This document shows positions 41,801 through 56,800 of a DNA stretch of 64,000 nt, piece by piece (within the stretch, counting starts at the first letter, position 1; the number at the start of each line of letters is the position of its first letter). The position numbers were made by a program, and so were the translations under genes. This DNA comes from Tubulanus polymorphus (lineage: Eukaryota > Animalia > Nemertea), in contig NC_134026.1 in the NCBI RefSeq assembly GCF_964204645.1, positions 22,292,150-22,356,149 on the forward strand, read 5' to 3'. The notes under the pieces are model-generated. The model was given only the letters and a program-made list of their open reading frames with translations. It was not told where the DNA came from and did no database searches.

Positions 41801-44800
41801 CATCATATTAATTGTTCACACGAGATTCTGGGCTCACGAAGTATGGTACTTATGTAGTGCTGAATTTGCCAGAATACCGCGCTTACAGAGTGAGTAGCGT
41901 TTACGCGTGATTCAACTCATAACCCTTTCAGTACGTCTACTCCTCAGTGCGGACTATAAATCGGTGATAGACTTCCCTAGTACACTGCATTGCGGTGTAT
42001 CGATGTATTTTGTAATCAGTTTTTTTATCTCTAATGAAAGATGGCAAGACCTGTCATACACGGCTAAATATTAGTAACTACCAATATTACCATGGCGCGG
42101 TATAGACACATTATCATGGTATGCCCATTATTCATTACACCGGGGTGGAACTTTTTCGAAAATTTTCAAATAATCTTCAGTACTTCAGGGTATTAATTAG
42201 TCAGCACTGAAAGGGTTAATAAGCCTCCTTCAGTTATGCCGATATTGGTAGCATTTTCAAGGTGTTTCATGTATTTTCTATGTTAACACATCTTACTGGT
42301 AATTTGAATTCAGCCAATTCAGCGTACAACTTACTAACTAGTTCCCCACTAATGTGAGTGAAATAATATCCTCCCTGTATACTGTTAAAAGTGAGCGTCA
42401 AATCTGACCACTACAACTGTCTATATACCAATGTTTTTTTTCATAGCTTAGGTTAAAAACAGGTGACAAAACAGATAAAAAGCATGAATAAACGACATTC
42501 ATCCCCCTGGTTGAATGCAATGTATCACAATACATGGCTCTGTGTTCTCTTGCCAGAAAATACGCGTTTTTACGGGAGGTCGGTTTTCGATGCAGAATCA
42601 CTCTCCACGCTTACTAAGCCAGGGTTTTTGTTACTGTACGGAAAAAGTTGCAAGTAGGCCTCACATAATCTAACCACGTGAACACATCGCACCATGTACT
42701 CTGTGACTCCGCTAATGATTAAGATGCACATTCCCTGCAGGCTTTTGTTCTATTAGCTCTGAAACTACCAATTCGATCAAACTATTTTCGTAATTGTTAT
42801 CTAACAAATTCTGCCATTTACAATGCATCGTGAAAATGACAAACAGCCTTCGGGGAGACTTTATGAATTTCGATGATTAAAGTCAGTTTTTTTGCGGAGA
42901 TACAGAGATATAGATGGGGTGGGTTGATGAATAAGCATTTAATAGCTTTCAATCGAAGCCGCGCGTGCAGCGCATGAAAATCTCCGGCAGATGACTCTTA
43001 AATAGAAAATGACAAGCTATAAAAATGTACATGAGTACATTGTTATCGGGTGTGCAAATCAACCCGCAACAATGCGATAACAGCATTTCCGTCGACTGCG
43101 AATCCACGAGATAATCGATTCATTGATCCCTGTATACGCTAAAAACGAAGACGGAAATTGAATGACGGGAAATAAATCAATTTCTCATATTTTATAGTCT
43201 AGCGTTATGTTTGCCCTCGTCTTGACACCCGGGCTATGATACGAGATAGTTGCCGGGAAACTGTCCCGTCAATCAGGCAATCCGATGAGATTAGAAAAGC
43301 CACGTCGTGGGAACGCTCGCCAACCCTAGTTGCATTTAGCGCCGACTTACCGCGACGCGGTCGTCTGCGGCGGCGGAAAATGCATGCGCGTAAATTCATC
43401 GGCTAAAATGTTGTAAGTGGTTTCTTCTTCAGATCCATTTCTTGGAGTTAGCGTTGGAAAGCGACAGCAAAATTACCACCATAAAACGTAACATGCGAAG
43501 AAGGACTTATTTTCTTCTATTACCGGGTACTGTGTCGGGCCGCTGTGTCGCAGAAAGATTATGCCGCATGAGGAGCGTCATGATTGTGGCTGTATCAATC
43601 TGCCTATCAGTTTACACAACAAGATGACTCAATATCTATCAAATTAGGTTTGGTATTTCAGTCGCAATTCAAAATCGATAATACAGCAAAACGATATCTT
43701 TATCGTGCGAAAAAAGTGACTAAAACTACATGAAAACAACATCTGCAAAATTTGATATCCACTGTTGTGAGTTAGCTATAAATCTATGCAGTCAAACTTA
43801 ATTATTTGCATTTTACAGGGATGAGATGCAAGCTCATGACTGAAATTTTTTCATATTTTTTCATACCAAAAACAGAATTTTCAACCTAAATTTTAAAAGG
43901 GACATTACACCAAACGTGATTTCTTCATTTTGGATAAGGTTTTATTGAAGAATTGCATAGTTAAACATGTTCAAGACGATGTAACAATTTTTACCTGTAA
44001 TTAGCATATTCAAATCAATGACTGCCACTGGACTATGAACATGTACAGGTACTATGAACTATCTGGGGGTCAAAGCAGAACCCAGAGTAAGGAGAACATA
44101 TACAGTCTATACGGAACACTACATAGAAATCGTCTGATTTTTCTGAATTTTTCGAAATATTTCCCTTTCCAAAATGTTCAAATTTTTCACATGCATCTCA
44201 TTCTTGATTTAACTTTAACATAGATATCGAAAAGATTCAGTCAACATTTCTAATTAGTACTAACATTCTGTTGGCCCTGTTTATTACAAATGTAATCTGC
44301 ATGTAGTTTGAAATCACGATTTTCATGTGATGTGACAATTTTAAGATGCAGTGGAAATATTGAGTGTAACAGCTAGAATTTCAAGCTCGTATTGAAATGA
44401 ATGGATTATCATCCACTTCAGTGTTGGTATCATCAACATTCTGTTAAGACGCATCAAAAGTAACGACCATTTCACAAATTAGTTCGAGCTATCTTCTTTG
44501 TTTAAAGCACCCATTCCGGGTCGATATTTGACATTATTGACTCCGATTTGTAAAGGAACAAGAGGTATGTTCTTCAAGGATGACGAAACTGCTGCCGGCT
44601 TTTTTTTTTTAGTGACACGAATAAAACGAAAACACATTAGCGAACTCAAGGACATGTCGTGTCTTATGTTACATTAAGTTAACGACGCAATTTAGCTCAT
44701 CGTCATCTTCATCATCTCCAGTCTCTTATCACTCCAATTCCAAGGCAGCGAGAATGCAAAATGAGAGCAAGATTTCATTTGGAGAAGAAACAGTGTTTTC

Positions 44801-47800
44801 TTCTGACCTTAAAATGCTTCGTACATGGGCCCGAACATGACTTAAATCCAGTCCTGTAATAGGATAAAGCCATTATGAATTTCTACCCAGCTAAGATGGT
44901 TTTCCAATCCACATTATGAGAGCCCTTAGACGCATAAATCTCATTTACAGGTCTTACGAGTACGTGCAGTGAGCCTCGGAGGTACACCGATAAACTTCAT
45001 AAAATTTGTAGTCTTCAGCATGAGCTTTTTCAAAATGAGCTTTACGATTGCACGAAAAACATTCGAGCAATATACCGAAATCGAGTAAACATGGCTGCAA
45101 TGAGAAAAAAGGCCCCGATTTATTATTCTGCTTTGTACACAAATAAGCAACGATCATAGCCTATTTCAGCAGCATGCATACCTATATCATTATCACTGTT
45201 CTATTAACACTGAAAAACCTATTTTTTCGGCTTGATACACACTACTTTATGGCTAATGAGTGTATCTGGAAAAACAGCCATGAATAAAATAACCATCAAT
45301 AATTCATGAATCGATTAAGACCATATGATTCAAAACTATACAGCAGTACGTACATACAGTACAGTAAAAACTATCAATTATAGGCATACCCTTAACAAAT
45401 CATATTAATATATCACTAAATGCATTGTATTCAGAAATGCTCAACGGTACTGTTGTCATATTTGACAGAGTACGTACAAAATTCACATTTAGATATTTAG
45501 TTGCCATTTGCAATTTCATTCTCTATCTCTTAAGTGGGCTTCAAACCTTAATATTGGCCGTTAATGGTTTTCTACCTCCAAATAGATAGCATCAAATTCT
45601 ACGAACAACTTCTATGATATTGCAATATACATATTTCAATGATGATGTTGATGCTAAGTAAATCTCTTGTTCATCATTACTTGTATGGCTTTTATTGCAT
45701 CACATGCATATACATCCACCACAGTCTCTTCCTGGCAAAAATGAATTTCTCTACTAAAAACCTAGCAATGTTGGATATACACAATTTGTCCTCTGGGCTT
45801 CTTCTAAAAAGCAAGCAGGAAAATTGCTGATGATCTGCTTATGAGCTTAACGCACCAAGAATGGATTTATGCACTGCGGATACTTGGAAATCCATCATGC
45901 GACAGGTAGACCACGTAATACCGCAGGGCACAGCGACAGTTGACGAGAATATTGACATGGCGTTCGATGTAAAATATATGGAGAGAATCCGAACAACCAG
46001 AAAAGTAGCGCATCGCATCGTGACAATAACGAACTAGATAAATCCCAAACAGTCAATCCATACTGAAGTTCTCAACCTTGAGCTAATAAGAAAGTTCAAG
46101 GAGTTTGCGGATCTAGATAGCGGAAAGTTTTCATGCAAATGGGAAATGCAACTGATCGGAATGCTTAGACAATCTTCTAAGTGGTGAGTTAAGTGCAGGG
46201 AAAGGTCAATAATAGTTAGGAGTAAGCAAGAAGCTTACGAACAACAGACTATATAACTGATATCAGTTCAGGTAGATTTGTCCTTTGATACATTCTACCA
46301 GTGGACATTAGGACACTGCATATTGTCAGGGCATTTCCATCTATCTTCTGCAGCTTTCACACTTTTCTTGAAATGGATACTACTCAAATCTTTAGCTGCA
46401 ATCACACAAATTTTTTAACCTAAGCCAAATTCAGTCTTTATCAAATCAGATCCGGACCAAGCATTCACACTGGCCTATTTGACAAGCACCACATTCGGCC
46501 AGACCAAAAACATTGGGCCAGGCCCGAGCCAAATCTAGCATAGGTCAAATTATTGCATACAAAAGCTTACTGGTTCTGGAAGTGACTCACCTTGCTTTGT
46601 CACAGCATCGTTTATTGAGATTTATTGAGATTCAAGTGACGGTTTATGTGAAAACGCGCTCACTAATCAGCCACAGGCCAAATTTGACTCGGGTCTGATC
46701 CGGGCCAGTTTCACCAGGGCCAAATCGGCTTGTGTGATTGCAGCTATTACCTTACTTTCCCCTACTTAAGTGTCCTAAACTAGGCTTATCTTTGACATCC
46801 TACGCAGGATTGTTTCGGCTGTGCCAGTTGTCCTATTACTTAATGCTAATGAGGGGCTACTTAGATGGCGAGATGATACAGGAAATATAGATCAAGAACG
46901 GACAGAATCTATACAATTGATCTATGAATATTTGAACTGATACCATCCATAGTAACCTAGCCATACAACAGTAAACTGAAAACATAAGAGTTGCCACACC
47001 ACTTATGGTTATCATCGATAATAACAACCCATCGTAACTGCATGTTGGTACGGCATTAAGGTGTGACGCAGGAAATGTACACAGATTAATGAAGTTTTAC
47101 AGCTGAGCTAATGCGCACAACTGGTACTGCCAATGTTCCAACATCTACTGAAACATCCGCGCCAGCATGCAAAAACACAATTCTCACCGGACCACGCTAT
47201 TTTTCATGTCAACGAATTGAACTATCGCATGTGAATTACAGTCATTTTCTCCGAATGGCGTTACTAGAGGGACCTTAATCTAAAACGTGGCAGACGCTTG
47301 TATCTACCTTTTGAAGCGTCTTTGCTGATCGATGCCTGACAGTCATAGATTTCGTCGTTGAATACGCGGCAAATTGAAACGGTGCCCACACATAACATCC
47401 ACCACAGATCTATAATTTTGCCAATTTGATGTAACTACGTTGTCGTCATAAGATTACGCGTGCGACTACGTAAATTCATTTCTAGGATTGTCAGCGAAAC
47501 ATCTCGTGTGCGTTGGCTAAAAGGTCAAAATGACCGCTTAATGCGAATCTTCAGTTCTGACATCAAAGAGTACCGTGAAACGTTTCAGACTAAGCTAACA
47601 AATGGCATGAAATTTGCTCGACGACATAACTGGCTTATTCGAAAGCCGATGAGGACACTGCTGCGGCATGAAAGCGTCCCCAATTATGGACAAATCCAAT
47701 TCTCTCGGAGTTGTCAAAGTCAATTTCATCTAAAATGCGACGAACACAAGAAGAATAGCGCAAACAAAAATTTTCAGCACTTTCTTAATTCGATTCAGCG

Positions 47801-50800
47801 ATTGAACTCCAGTGAACATAACACTCGTATTTCAACAAATCCAAATAATATCTGGAAAATTGTATTGAACTCTGGAGCTTTTTCTGAGAGTTCAGTTTTT
47901 CTTTTCAATAATGAAATTGTTCGTTTGACGATTACTTCTTTCGCGTGGTAAGCAAACAAAATAAGCTCAAATTCATTTCATAGAAGCAGAACAGAACCGA
48001 ACAGCAAACAGTACTGTGAAAAATGCTCTCTTCTTCATTTCAATATTCAAAATGTTTTCAGCCATTAGTTTTAAGGTTTTCTATTTCTACCTATCAGATA
48101 TTTTCACATCTCAAAATGTTTCCAGTTTCAGCATTAGAAGCTATGCGGCCATTTTCTGGGCAAATTTTTACCTCAATAAGTTTGCTACCCACTTAGGTTA
48201 CCATTTCCTTATCTTTTTTTCACCCTCTTTTGTCATAAACAAGAATCAAGTCGTCTCAACTTAAAGCCACACAGGATATCATCGGTCTATGTCAAAGCAG
48301 TTCAATTACTGCGTGACCAAACCCCAAGAGAGAATTGGTCACCCAACTGGTATTTATAGGCGGCAATCAGATTTGCCGTTGATTAACTTTTCCCGAGCAT
48401 ACTTGTAATGAAAGCTTTCTTCACTCGATGTTTGGATTGGAGAAACAGTCGTTATTTGGCCGAGTTGCCGAAGCCACGGTGAGCTTCCTATCAACGATAT
48501 TGCGCAAGTGATATGGAAGTCAACGTAATATTCATGCGGAATGAACTTCATTTAATCAATACTTCTAGCAACTTTCTAGCAACTAGCTCTTTTTATTTGA
48601 CCCCTCTAATATCGTCGGTGAAACGCAGATTGTGCAAATCAAAGATGTAAATTGCTACAACCGACATAAGATCAAATCTCCACAGACTTCAAGCGATATT
48701 TTCTCAAATCTGCATCAACGCCATATCGGAAAAGCCTCAATTAATTTCACGAATATCTTTTGATATCGGTTCAATCGAAAACATAAAACTAGAAGACACA
48801 TAACATTCTCGTTCTGTGATTTTTGTCTGCCATCATCGATACATCATGATGTGTCCTACTTTTGTCAAAAACTTCTCTGAGCAAGGAAGGATAGGACTGC
48901 AATTAACTTGATCTCATTTAGGATCTAAAGCTAGGGGCAGGCACACAAGCATGTTCTTTTGCGTGAGTTCCTAAACTCTGTCACGATAGGGTGAAAAATA
49001 CACTCGTTTGCCCCTTTACCTTCGGCAAAGTTCTGGCTTTGGTTTTTATGGAACCAGTTTGAAATATTTCTGATTGCTTGTAAAAGGATTTATCCTAGCT
49101 TATAGATACCCAATATGAAACGAAGAGCTCTAGTTGTCTTAAACCATAAATCTTCATTTCTATCTTTGGTACAATATCGCATACCGAAGAGACAAAACTT
49201 TAAGAACTATTGACTGGTTATCAATTTTAACAAGTAGGCAGTATAGAACATTCGTGACTTTCGTCAATTAAAACCAGTGGCTATCAGCGATATCTCAATC
49301 GAAAGAATTAGACGTTTTTCAACACGAGAGAATTAGTGAAGCAGCGAGTAAACATAATAGCAGTTTCTCATTTGCCACCGGTAGAACTTGACTTGCTATC
49401 TGCAATCAAAACCTTAAGAGAAAAAACCCCATTATTTTCATGATTGTTTCAAATAGAAAATACTTTACTCCCTTCAATGGTCAATGATAACATGAATATT
49501 ACCTAAAATACAAAATGTTTTCAAATCAGATATAAATTGATGAGAAATAATTTGTTTCAAATGATAATTACCTGGGTCATCGGATACCATTGTGCATGAA
49601 TTGTGTAAAACAGGATAAATCCTGAAATGCGGTGTATGGGTCTTAATAGCAATCCCTGTGCGAACACGGAAGTTACCAATGAAGACTGACAGGCAGGGAG
49701 GGCTATACCAAGCTGCAGCTATTAGTTATAATTACCCTACTGCCATCTATGAGGAAACCTGAGAACTGATCAACCAGGTTGTCAACTGATACTTGATTCA
49801 CTCCGCTAGAGAAATCTCGTATAACTTTCACCAAAAAAGTTTTCGCATTAGTCCCCTTTCACACGAGGCTGAGGCTTAGTTTGAAAAAAGATCGTGTTGC
49901 ACGTTTTGTGTTTGCTTCCTGTTTATCATTGGAGATACATCGCGATCCCAAAGGCAGGCTGAGGCAGGCAGATGTATCACGTTTCGCAACACGACAAGAG
50001 AAAATAATAGAACGTTAAAAAAATCTACAAGGAAGCAATCAGATTACGACCGGCCAGGTCAGGAAATAAATCTAATCCAACGACCATCAGATAGATTGAT
50101 TTCAGAGAAATCACATTATTACCACAAACCAGATACAATGCTAGCAGTCACAAGCGTTATTTTCATTTTTAGGAAGATTTCCTTATTTAATATTTGCTCG
50201 CTAACGGTGGTCAGCTCGAAGACTCCATCGTTTTTTATTTTGATTTTGTCATCATGGTACCCTGCTGCTATTTGTGATTGGATACGCAGATCCATCATTG
50301 ACATTTCCAAATTAGGGAGAAAGAACATAAAGTTGTCTCAAGAGAATGAAATTTTCAGAGGCCATTATCAGCCATTCAAAATACCAAAGATCATATAACA
50401 AGACTCGTTAGCATATCAAATGATGTATTTCCTGGAAAAAATGATAAATAACAGCAAGAAAAATCATTTTTATTAAACAACTGTCTGCACCATATTTGGG
50501 GTAAGAAGAGGCCAGCTTGTTATGCGGAAAAACTTAATATTACATAATCAACAAAAAAAGTCATATGATATAATGAATATACGCCTTCTCTATCAACGAA
50601 GTGAATGGATGGCACACGTAAGCAGCGTCAATGTCACCTTCGCGTAGAGAATAAATAGAATTCCAACTCGAAAAGTATAACAGGGTAAGATCGAAAAAAT
50701 ATCTAAGACAATGGAGATGTACCGGAAAACCTTACCACAACCTTCATTAACACCACATTCATATAAAACTCATGATCTCATACAACTAATTCAGGTTAAT

Positions 50801-53800
50801 CAATGCTTCTTCAAATGGTGATAAATCTATCGATCGGACTGTTATAAATATAACCCAGCAGACTCTATTTTCTATGAAGTGAGAAAATTTTCCCAAGTTC
50901 TGTTGGAATGACTTAGGAACTGAGATGCTTTACTCTCAATGACAAAAACAGATTTTCTTATGAGGCCAAACCTAGACAATGCTGGCTCAAAAGGGAAGTA
51001 TTTTTGAAAATAGGTGTAATTGCAAAGCTGAATTCAATGCTAAAATCACACAAAGACTAATAAGTTTATGAAATGGAAAACTTACTGTAATCTTCATTTT
51101 CAGGATGGTATAAGGCAATGTCATCAATATTAATAGATGTCTGGTGGGCCAGTTCGGTATTGGACATTCGAAGCTGGGCTTGTGCTGGAAAATAAGAATG
51201 CTACTGCAGCTAGTTCGACTGTTCACCAATAGATGGTGTCATTGTTGTGATGTGCCGGTATCAATCAAACGCAGCACTTCACGCATATCAATAGAACTCG
51301 CTTGATATACGTTGATGCTGATACAGCACAAAAAGCTAATCAAATAGCAATGCGTCGGCAAAGTCATCCAACATACAAGCTCAAATTTTCCATTTAATGG
51401 CATATTTGGAACAGGAAAACCTGTTACAGACACCGCGAACATATTCTAAATGCCACGATGCATTGATGTAAGCCGAGAGTTATAGCAAAGTCAACTAACT
51501 GACAATCGTATTTCAATAAAAACAGCCTCAGGCATAGAAATATTCAGTTGTCGGTTTATAAATTCAATATACTGAGCGACTGTTTGTAAAAGTTTAAGCA
51601 GAGCAAACAAAAATATGCGGGATGAATGAGACAAACCTGCAAAAAGTTGGAGCTGTTCATATTTGGGACCTTTCCTGTATCGTACGACTTTTAACTTCAC
51701 GGCTTGACCAGTATTTTTCAAAACCTCAACGGCTTGGAAATTCGTGAAGCCTTCTAACGATCGACCATCGACCTAGCAACAAAAAAAAACAATGCTGTAT
51801 TTTGTGGTAAGTGGTGAGAAAAAACTATTTCGTCATTAGACATTATTATCCGGTGCCTAAATCAACGCACAACCTATCTCCTAACATGCAATTTCATACG
51901 GATTAATAGAACGATAGCTCTATCAATCATTCATCTAAATACATGACATCCGGTGGACAGTGCAATTACATTTTTCATTTTCATCACAGTCCTTTTTTGC
52001 CATAAAGACATATCAAAAGTGACATGACAGTGGCCGAGTTCAAAGCTTTGTATAACATTGAGTTGGAAAAGTTAAATTAACTATGACTTCATGACTTTTT
52101 TGGGAACTGTGCCAAAATTGGTGTATGCAGGTACTCAATTCCTCCAGTATCCGGAAAGGTTTAACGATTAAGCATTTTTAGCCAGTAGGATTTCAAGAAT
52201 TACCCTTCGCATGAAATGAAAATGTGAATTCATTCAGCACATGGTTACACATAGTTATTACTCTCTGTACGATTGAACACTAACGTATCCTTATTGATTA
52301 CCTGAATAATCTGATCATTGACTCTGATACGACCATCCACGTCTGCTGGGCTTCCGTCTGTAACGCTTTTTACAAAAATACCTGACAATTCTGAAAAGAC
52401 GAAAAAATAACATTAGATTGTTTGAACATGAGTGTGGAGCGTTGTACATTAGCAGGTAAAACTCCAAACACCTTTCTTGTCGTTATCGTTCCATGTTAGA
52501 CTGGACCGACTTGAATCGACCTATAAGACTGATCCAGGTCCCTTCTAAATTTTGTAACTGACTCATGCTTTGAGTGTGGACAAATGACAGCCAGGAGCTG
52601 TTAAATCTATCATTAAGATATAAATCGAATTCCAGGTATATTACTCAAGGCGACATCTAGCGGGACCAGTGATAACTATCTGCAGCGATTTCGCACAAGC
52701 ACTCTGATTTGGTCTGCACTAAATTTCACCATGGACTCGAGTCCATGATTTCACCGATTCCAGTAATGGACCAATCTAGACCAGTTTAACTAATAGTAGT
52801 GTGAACGCGGCTATAGTTTCATAAATAACAGTCTGTTGCAAATGCCTTGTAAATCAGTATGATTCTCAAGTTACTGAATCCCTCGACGCTAAAACATTAC
52901 CATTCGAAACTATAAGCATTATCATCCGAACGTGCTTTGGCATTCGAACGCATCCGCAAGAGGGAAAAGTCGATCGCTTAAATTTGTGAAATCTTCAACG
53001 AGAGGGTTTTACGTTTATGCCTGGAATAGAATACAAATGAGTAGATTTGTCATCGATTCCGACGGAATACCATTACGGTTGAATACTTCAGGGAACTATC
53101 AAATGCGACTAGTCTACCATCGGTGATTTGAACGCCCTCCCGCGGCTGATTACAAAAATTAGTATCAATATGGAAAATACATGATGATCATCAGGGGCAA
53201 AGGAATTTCAATTTTGAAATCATGAAATATCCAAACATGTCGCATAAATCTATAAATCGACACATTTTTCTACGACGAGAGAAGATTCAAACGAGACTTC
53301 ACTTCATCGGATTTCCCAGTTTTTTACCATATAAAGGTCGAATCATTACGAGAAGCAGAACTAATAATTAACGGACATTGACATTTAGTTATTAAGTACA
53401 AACACTCTACTCCATGCTTCAGGGAACTCTTTCTAAAAGCCCTCTGGTGATTTTTTCCAGAGCATTTTGCCAGTTGCCAAATATCAGGTTTGATATTTTA
53501 ACATGCTCTTGTGTGCGCACTTTGCGTTCCATTTGTTACCAATGCGCATGCGTCATTACTAAAAAAGTTTATGCTAGCGGCGGGCACATACACTTCGGAA
53601 ATGAAAATGTTGATCATTACATGAATTGATAAAATCATTATTTTCTCCTTGCTAAACCTTCGATCTCGATGTATATATAGATGTCATATATACACAAGGA
53701 CTCCTTTATATTCAAATAGATGTAACCGAGATGACAAAAAGTCACTCATAAATGGTTAAGAGTAAATGATGCATATATGCATGTATGATGCATTTACATG

Positions 53801-56800
53801 CTTGCCACAGCTCCCTTTGCCGAGTGCATTTTTCAGTTCGTGCGCAGGGACCTTTATCCGCGCTAAATGCGCGCTAAATGCTTAGGAACTGCAATATTCG
53901 CTGGTGTGCAGGTGGCTTTCGTCACAGTGAACTTCCCCAAAGCATTTATTTTTTGGTCGCATTAACAGTGAGAACCACAGTCGGAGGCAGTCGCTGAAAT
54001 GCTAAGAGACAACTGTTCAGAATAATTAATTATTCTAGTCTAGACTAGGTGGCAAATAGACTCAAAAGATTAATGAAGTTGCAAAACAAAATCGATTTGG
54101 TAATGAAATCGCTAAATCACACGGACCAAATTCACAGCACTTAGTTTTCTATATCAATCTGCCTCTATGATAGCGTGTCACGGGATTTTTTAAGAGGATT
54201 TTTTTTAGATGATAGCCAATAAAATTTAGCTGCATACAACATTGTGTGCCAGTGCCAAATAACTGCTGTCACCCGCAGCGTATTACTGTCTTCTAAATCA
54301 TGATTACCGGCAATTTAGTAGACAATCAGAACTTGCAAAAGTAGCTTTCGGTACATTGGCAGATCCTGTCATTGTCTCAAGTAATCAATCTTTCAATATA
54401 GTCAGTTTTTCAGTGAAGTGTCATACAATTCAACATTTCCTGCCGTAATGGGTAAATTTTGCATTTTTTCTTCCACCCGACTTCTCAGAAATTGCTGACT
54501 ATTTGCAACAAACAACTCTAAAATTGTCGATCTCAGTGCGCAGTGCAGACGCTTCTAGGGCGTCGCAGTCTGACGAACTTCATCCCCACAGGGCTAATCA
54601 AATATTAAAACAGAGAGAAACCATTAAAAATATTGTTTTTGACAGAACGCATTTACAAAATAGATATGTTTTACTAATGATGAATCATATCAGTATGATA
54701 GATCATGAGAGGACACAACTTATGCATTATTACTGTTTCCACCACAGCAAGGGAAAAGATTTCTGGCATATTCATTTACTATATAATAGCTACAAACCAT
54801 GAAGAAGCTAGAGGCAGAATCGAGACGTAAAAAGAGAACTTTTAGACGAAAAATGGTCACAAGACGACCATCTCGTTTCTGAGCCTACTCTAGAGGGAAA
54901 CATAAACAGACTTCATGTAAAAAGGTACTGATTTTGCCAAACAAAAATTGCTGCAAGTCCACCTTGACACAGGCTATCTTGATTACGATTGGACCAATTT
55001 TTGGGCCGCAGGTCGTCTCTGGGCTGCAGATACATACATAAACCATGGATGGACTATGAAACAAATCTGTTTTATAGTCCATGCAACTAAACATCAAAGC
55101 GTGTTGAAAAACTTTGCAAAGAAACTAGATTCTATTTACAGACAGACGAGGAATGAAAGGTGAATGCAACTTATGTCCCTAGTGTGCTCTAATAAGCCAT
55201 GTAAAACTAAAAAACAAAATTTTTTCACAAACTGAAAACTTCAGTGGTTTAGTAAATGAATACGTAATTTGCAACTGTTTTAGCCGCTGGGTGTGTTCAA
55301 CTAGATTTGAATATTTATGTTCAATTTCGCAGAATGAAATGTTAGAAAAAAAATCTATCACCATTTCCAATGGTAGTGATCATTTGAATGAACAATTTGC
55401 AAAGAGTTTTGAACAAGCTGTCATCAGCAAACAAGCAGCGAATGTTCCAATTCTGAACTCATAATCAAAGTAACCACTGGGGAGGTAAAGGGAGATGGGG
55501 TGTAGCTCACTAAAATACCCTACTAGTCGATTGTAAAGTAAGAAGAATGATTGGGGCGTCATCAGGGCTGAACCATTCTAGTCTGATTCATATGATCAAT
55601 ACACAGCGCACGAAATGACATCTGCATGATTCTAGAAAAAAAAAACGTTCTGTCTACTCTAAGAGTTGCTACGATATCGCTCGCTCGCGTGTGCGTGCGT
55701 CGATGACAAAACCGTAAACTACTTTCGCTTTCAAGCGATCAAAGAATAGACTCAATCACGAAACAAATATTCTACAATCTGCAATTTATCCGATGTCTTT
55801 CTGATGTTATAGACGATTATGGATTAACGATTCGAACGGTCTACGGCTTTCTACGCATTCAAAAGAAAAGTGTTTCACTGTTTTTTGCGAATTTATAGTT
55901 CTCGACCGCAAATCTACGCGCCGGAAATACATTTCATATAAGAGACAGTTGCGACAACGCTGAAACTATAAAAGGAATTGATCGTCAGAGCTGCCAGATA
56001 CAACTTGACTGACTTTTATTTTTATGTTTCTCTTTGATCGTTGAAAGATCTTCGCGAAAATGTACAAAATCACTCTCAACATACTCGCAACTACTTAACA
56101 TGTGCAGCGCGCTCACTCCTGTTTCATAATGTTTCGTAATACAGTTCGTTTCAAGCGGTAGGATCAATTATTCTGTCTTTGACTGGTAGAAGAATGGGCA
56201 ATAATTATAACCGCGCGACTGTCAAGGGTACAACAGAATTTCTGCTGGTTTCATATTCACTGCACAGTGACCTCACGTATCACATACCTTACAAGGAAGG
56301 AGTCTAAAAAGCCTTGCACAGAGCTAGAAAAACATCGCAACAAGCGTTTCGATATTGAGTTCGCTTACTATCACACAAAAGTAAAAAAGAAGAAACATAT
56401 GGATAGAACCAGCAGTGCTACTAATGATCACGAGATATCAAAATGGCAGTGATACTACTGATCAGTCACGTGATGCACTTGTCACAAATAGGTTATCATG
56501 TATCAGTGTTTTATGTTTAGCTACTCTTAACATCGCACACATTTCAAACAGTGTAACTGTGTTTCTTGTCCCAAAGCATCGTGAATCAAAAAAAGTTTAT
56601 GTTTTGTCCCGTTTATTTCATGCTTAGTACACTAGGCTTATGCTGGTCCCTGCAACTAACTCTGAGGAAATGTATGAAAATACCAAGCAACTCAGGGTGA
56701 CCGTCTGGAAGAGAGTAGATAATTACCTGCAGGATTTTCGCCGACGTAGCCAGCAATCGTGATGCCAAGGCCTTGATTGTCTTTCAACAAATCAACATCG

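Noticed and set aside
47460-47951. 163-aa plus-strand ORF, possible nested gene
   Set aside because: GTG start, no recognisable motif, intron-like composition and no convincing exon partners.
50119-50328. Possible extra exon between PDZ3 and PDZ4
   Set aside because: No acceptor AG and donor pair giving a phase 1-1 exon.
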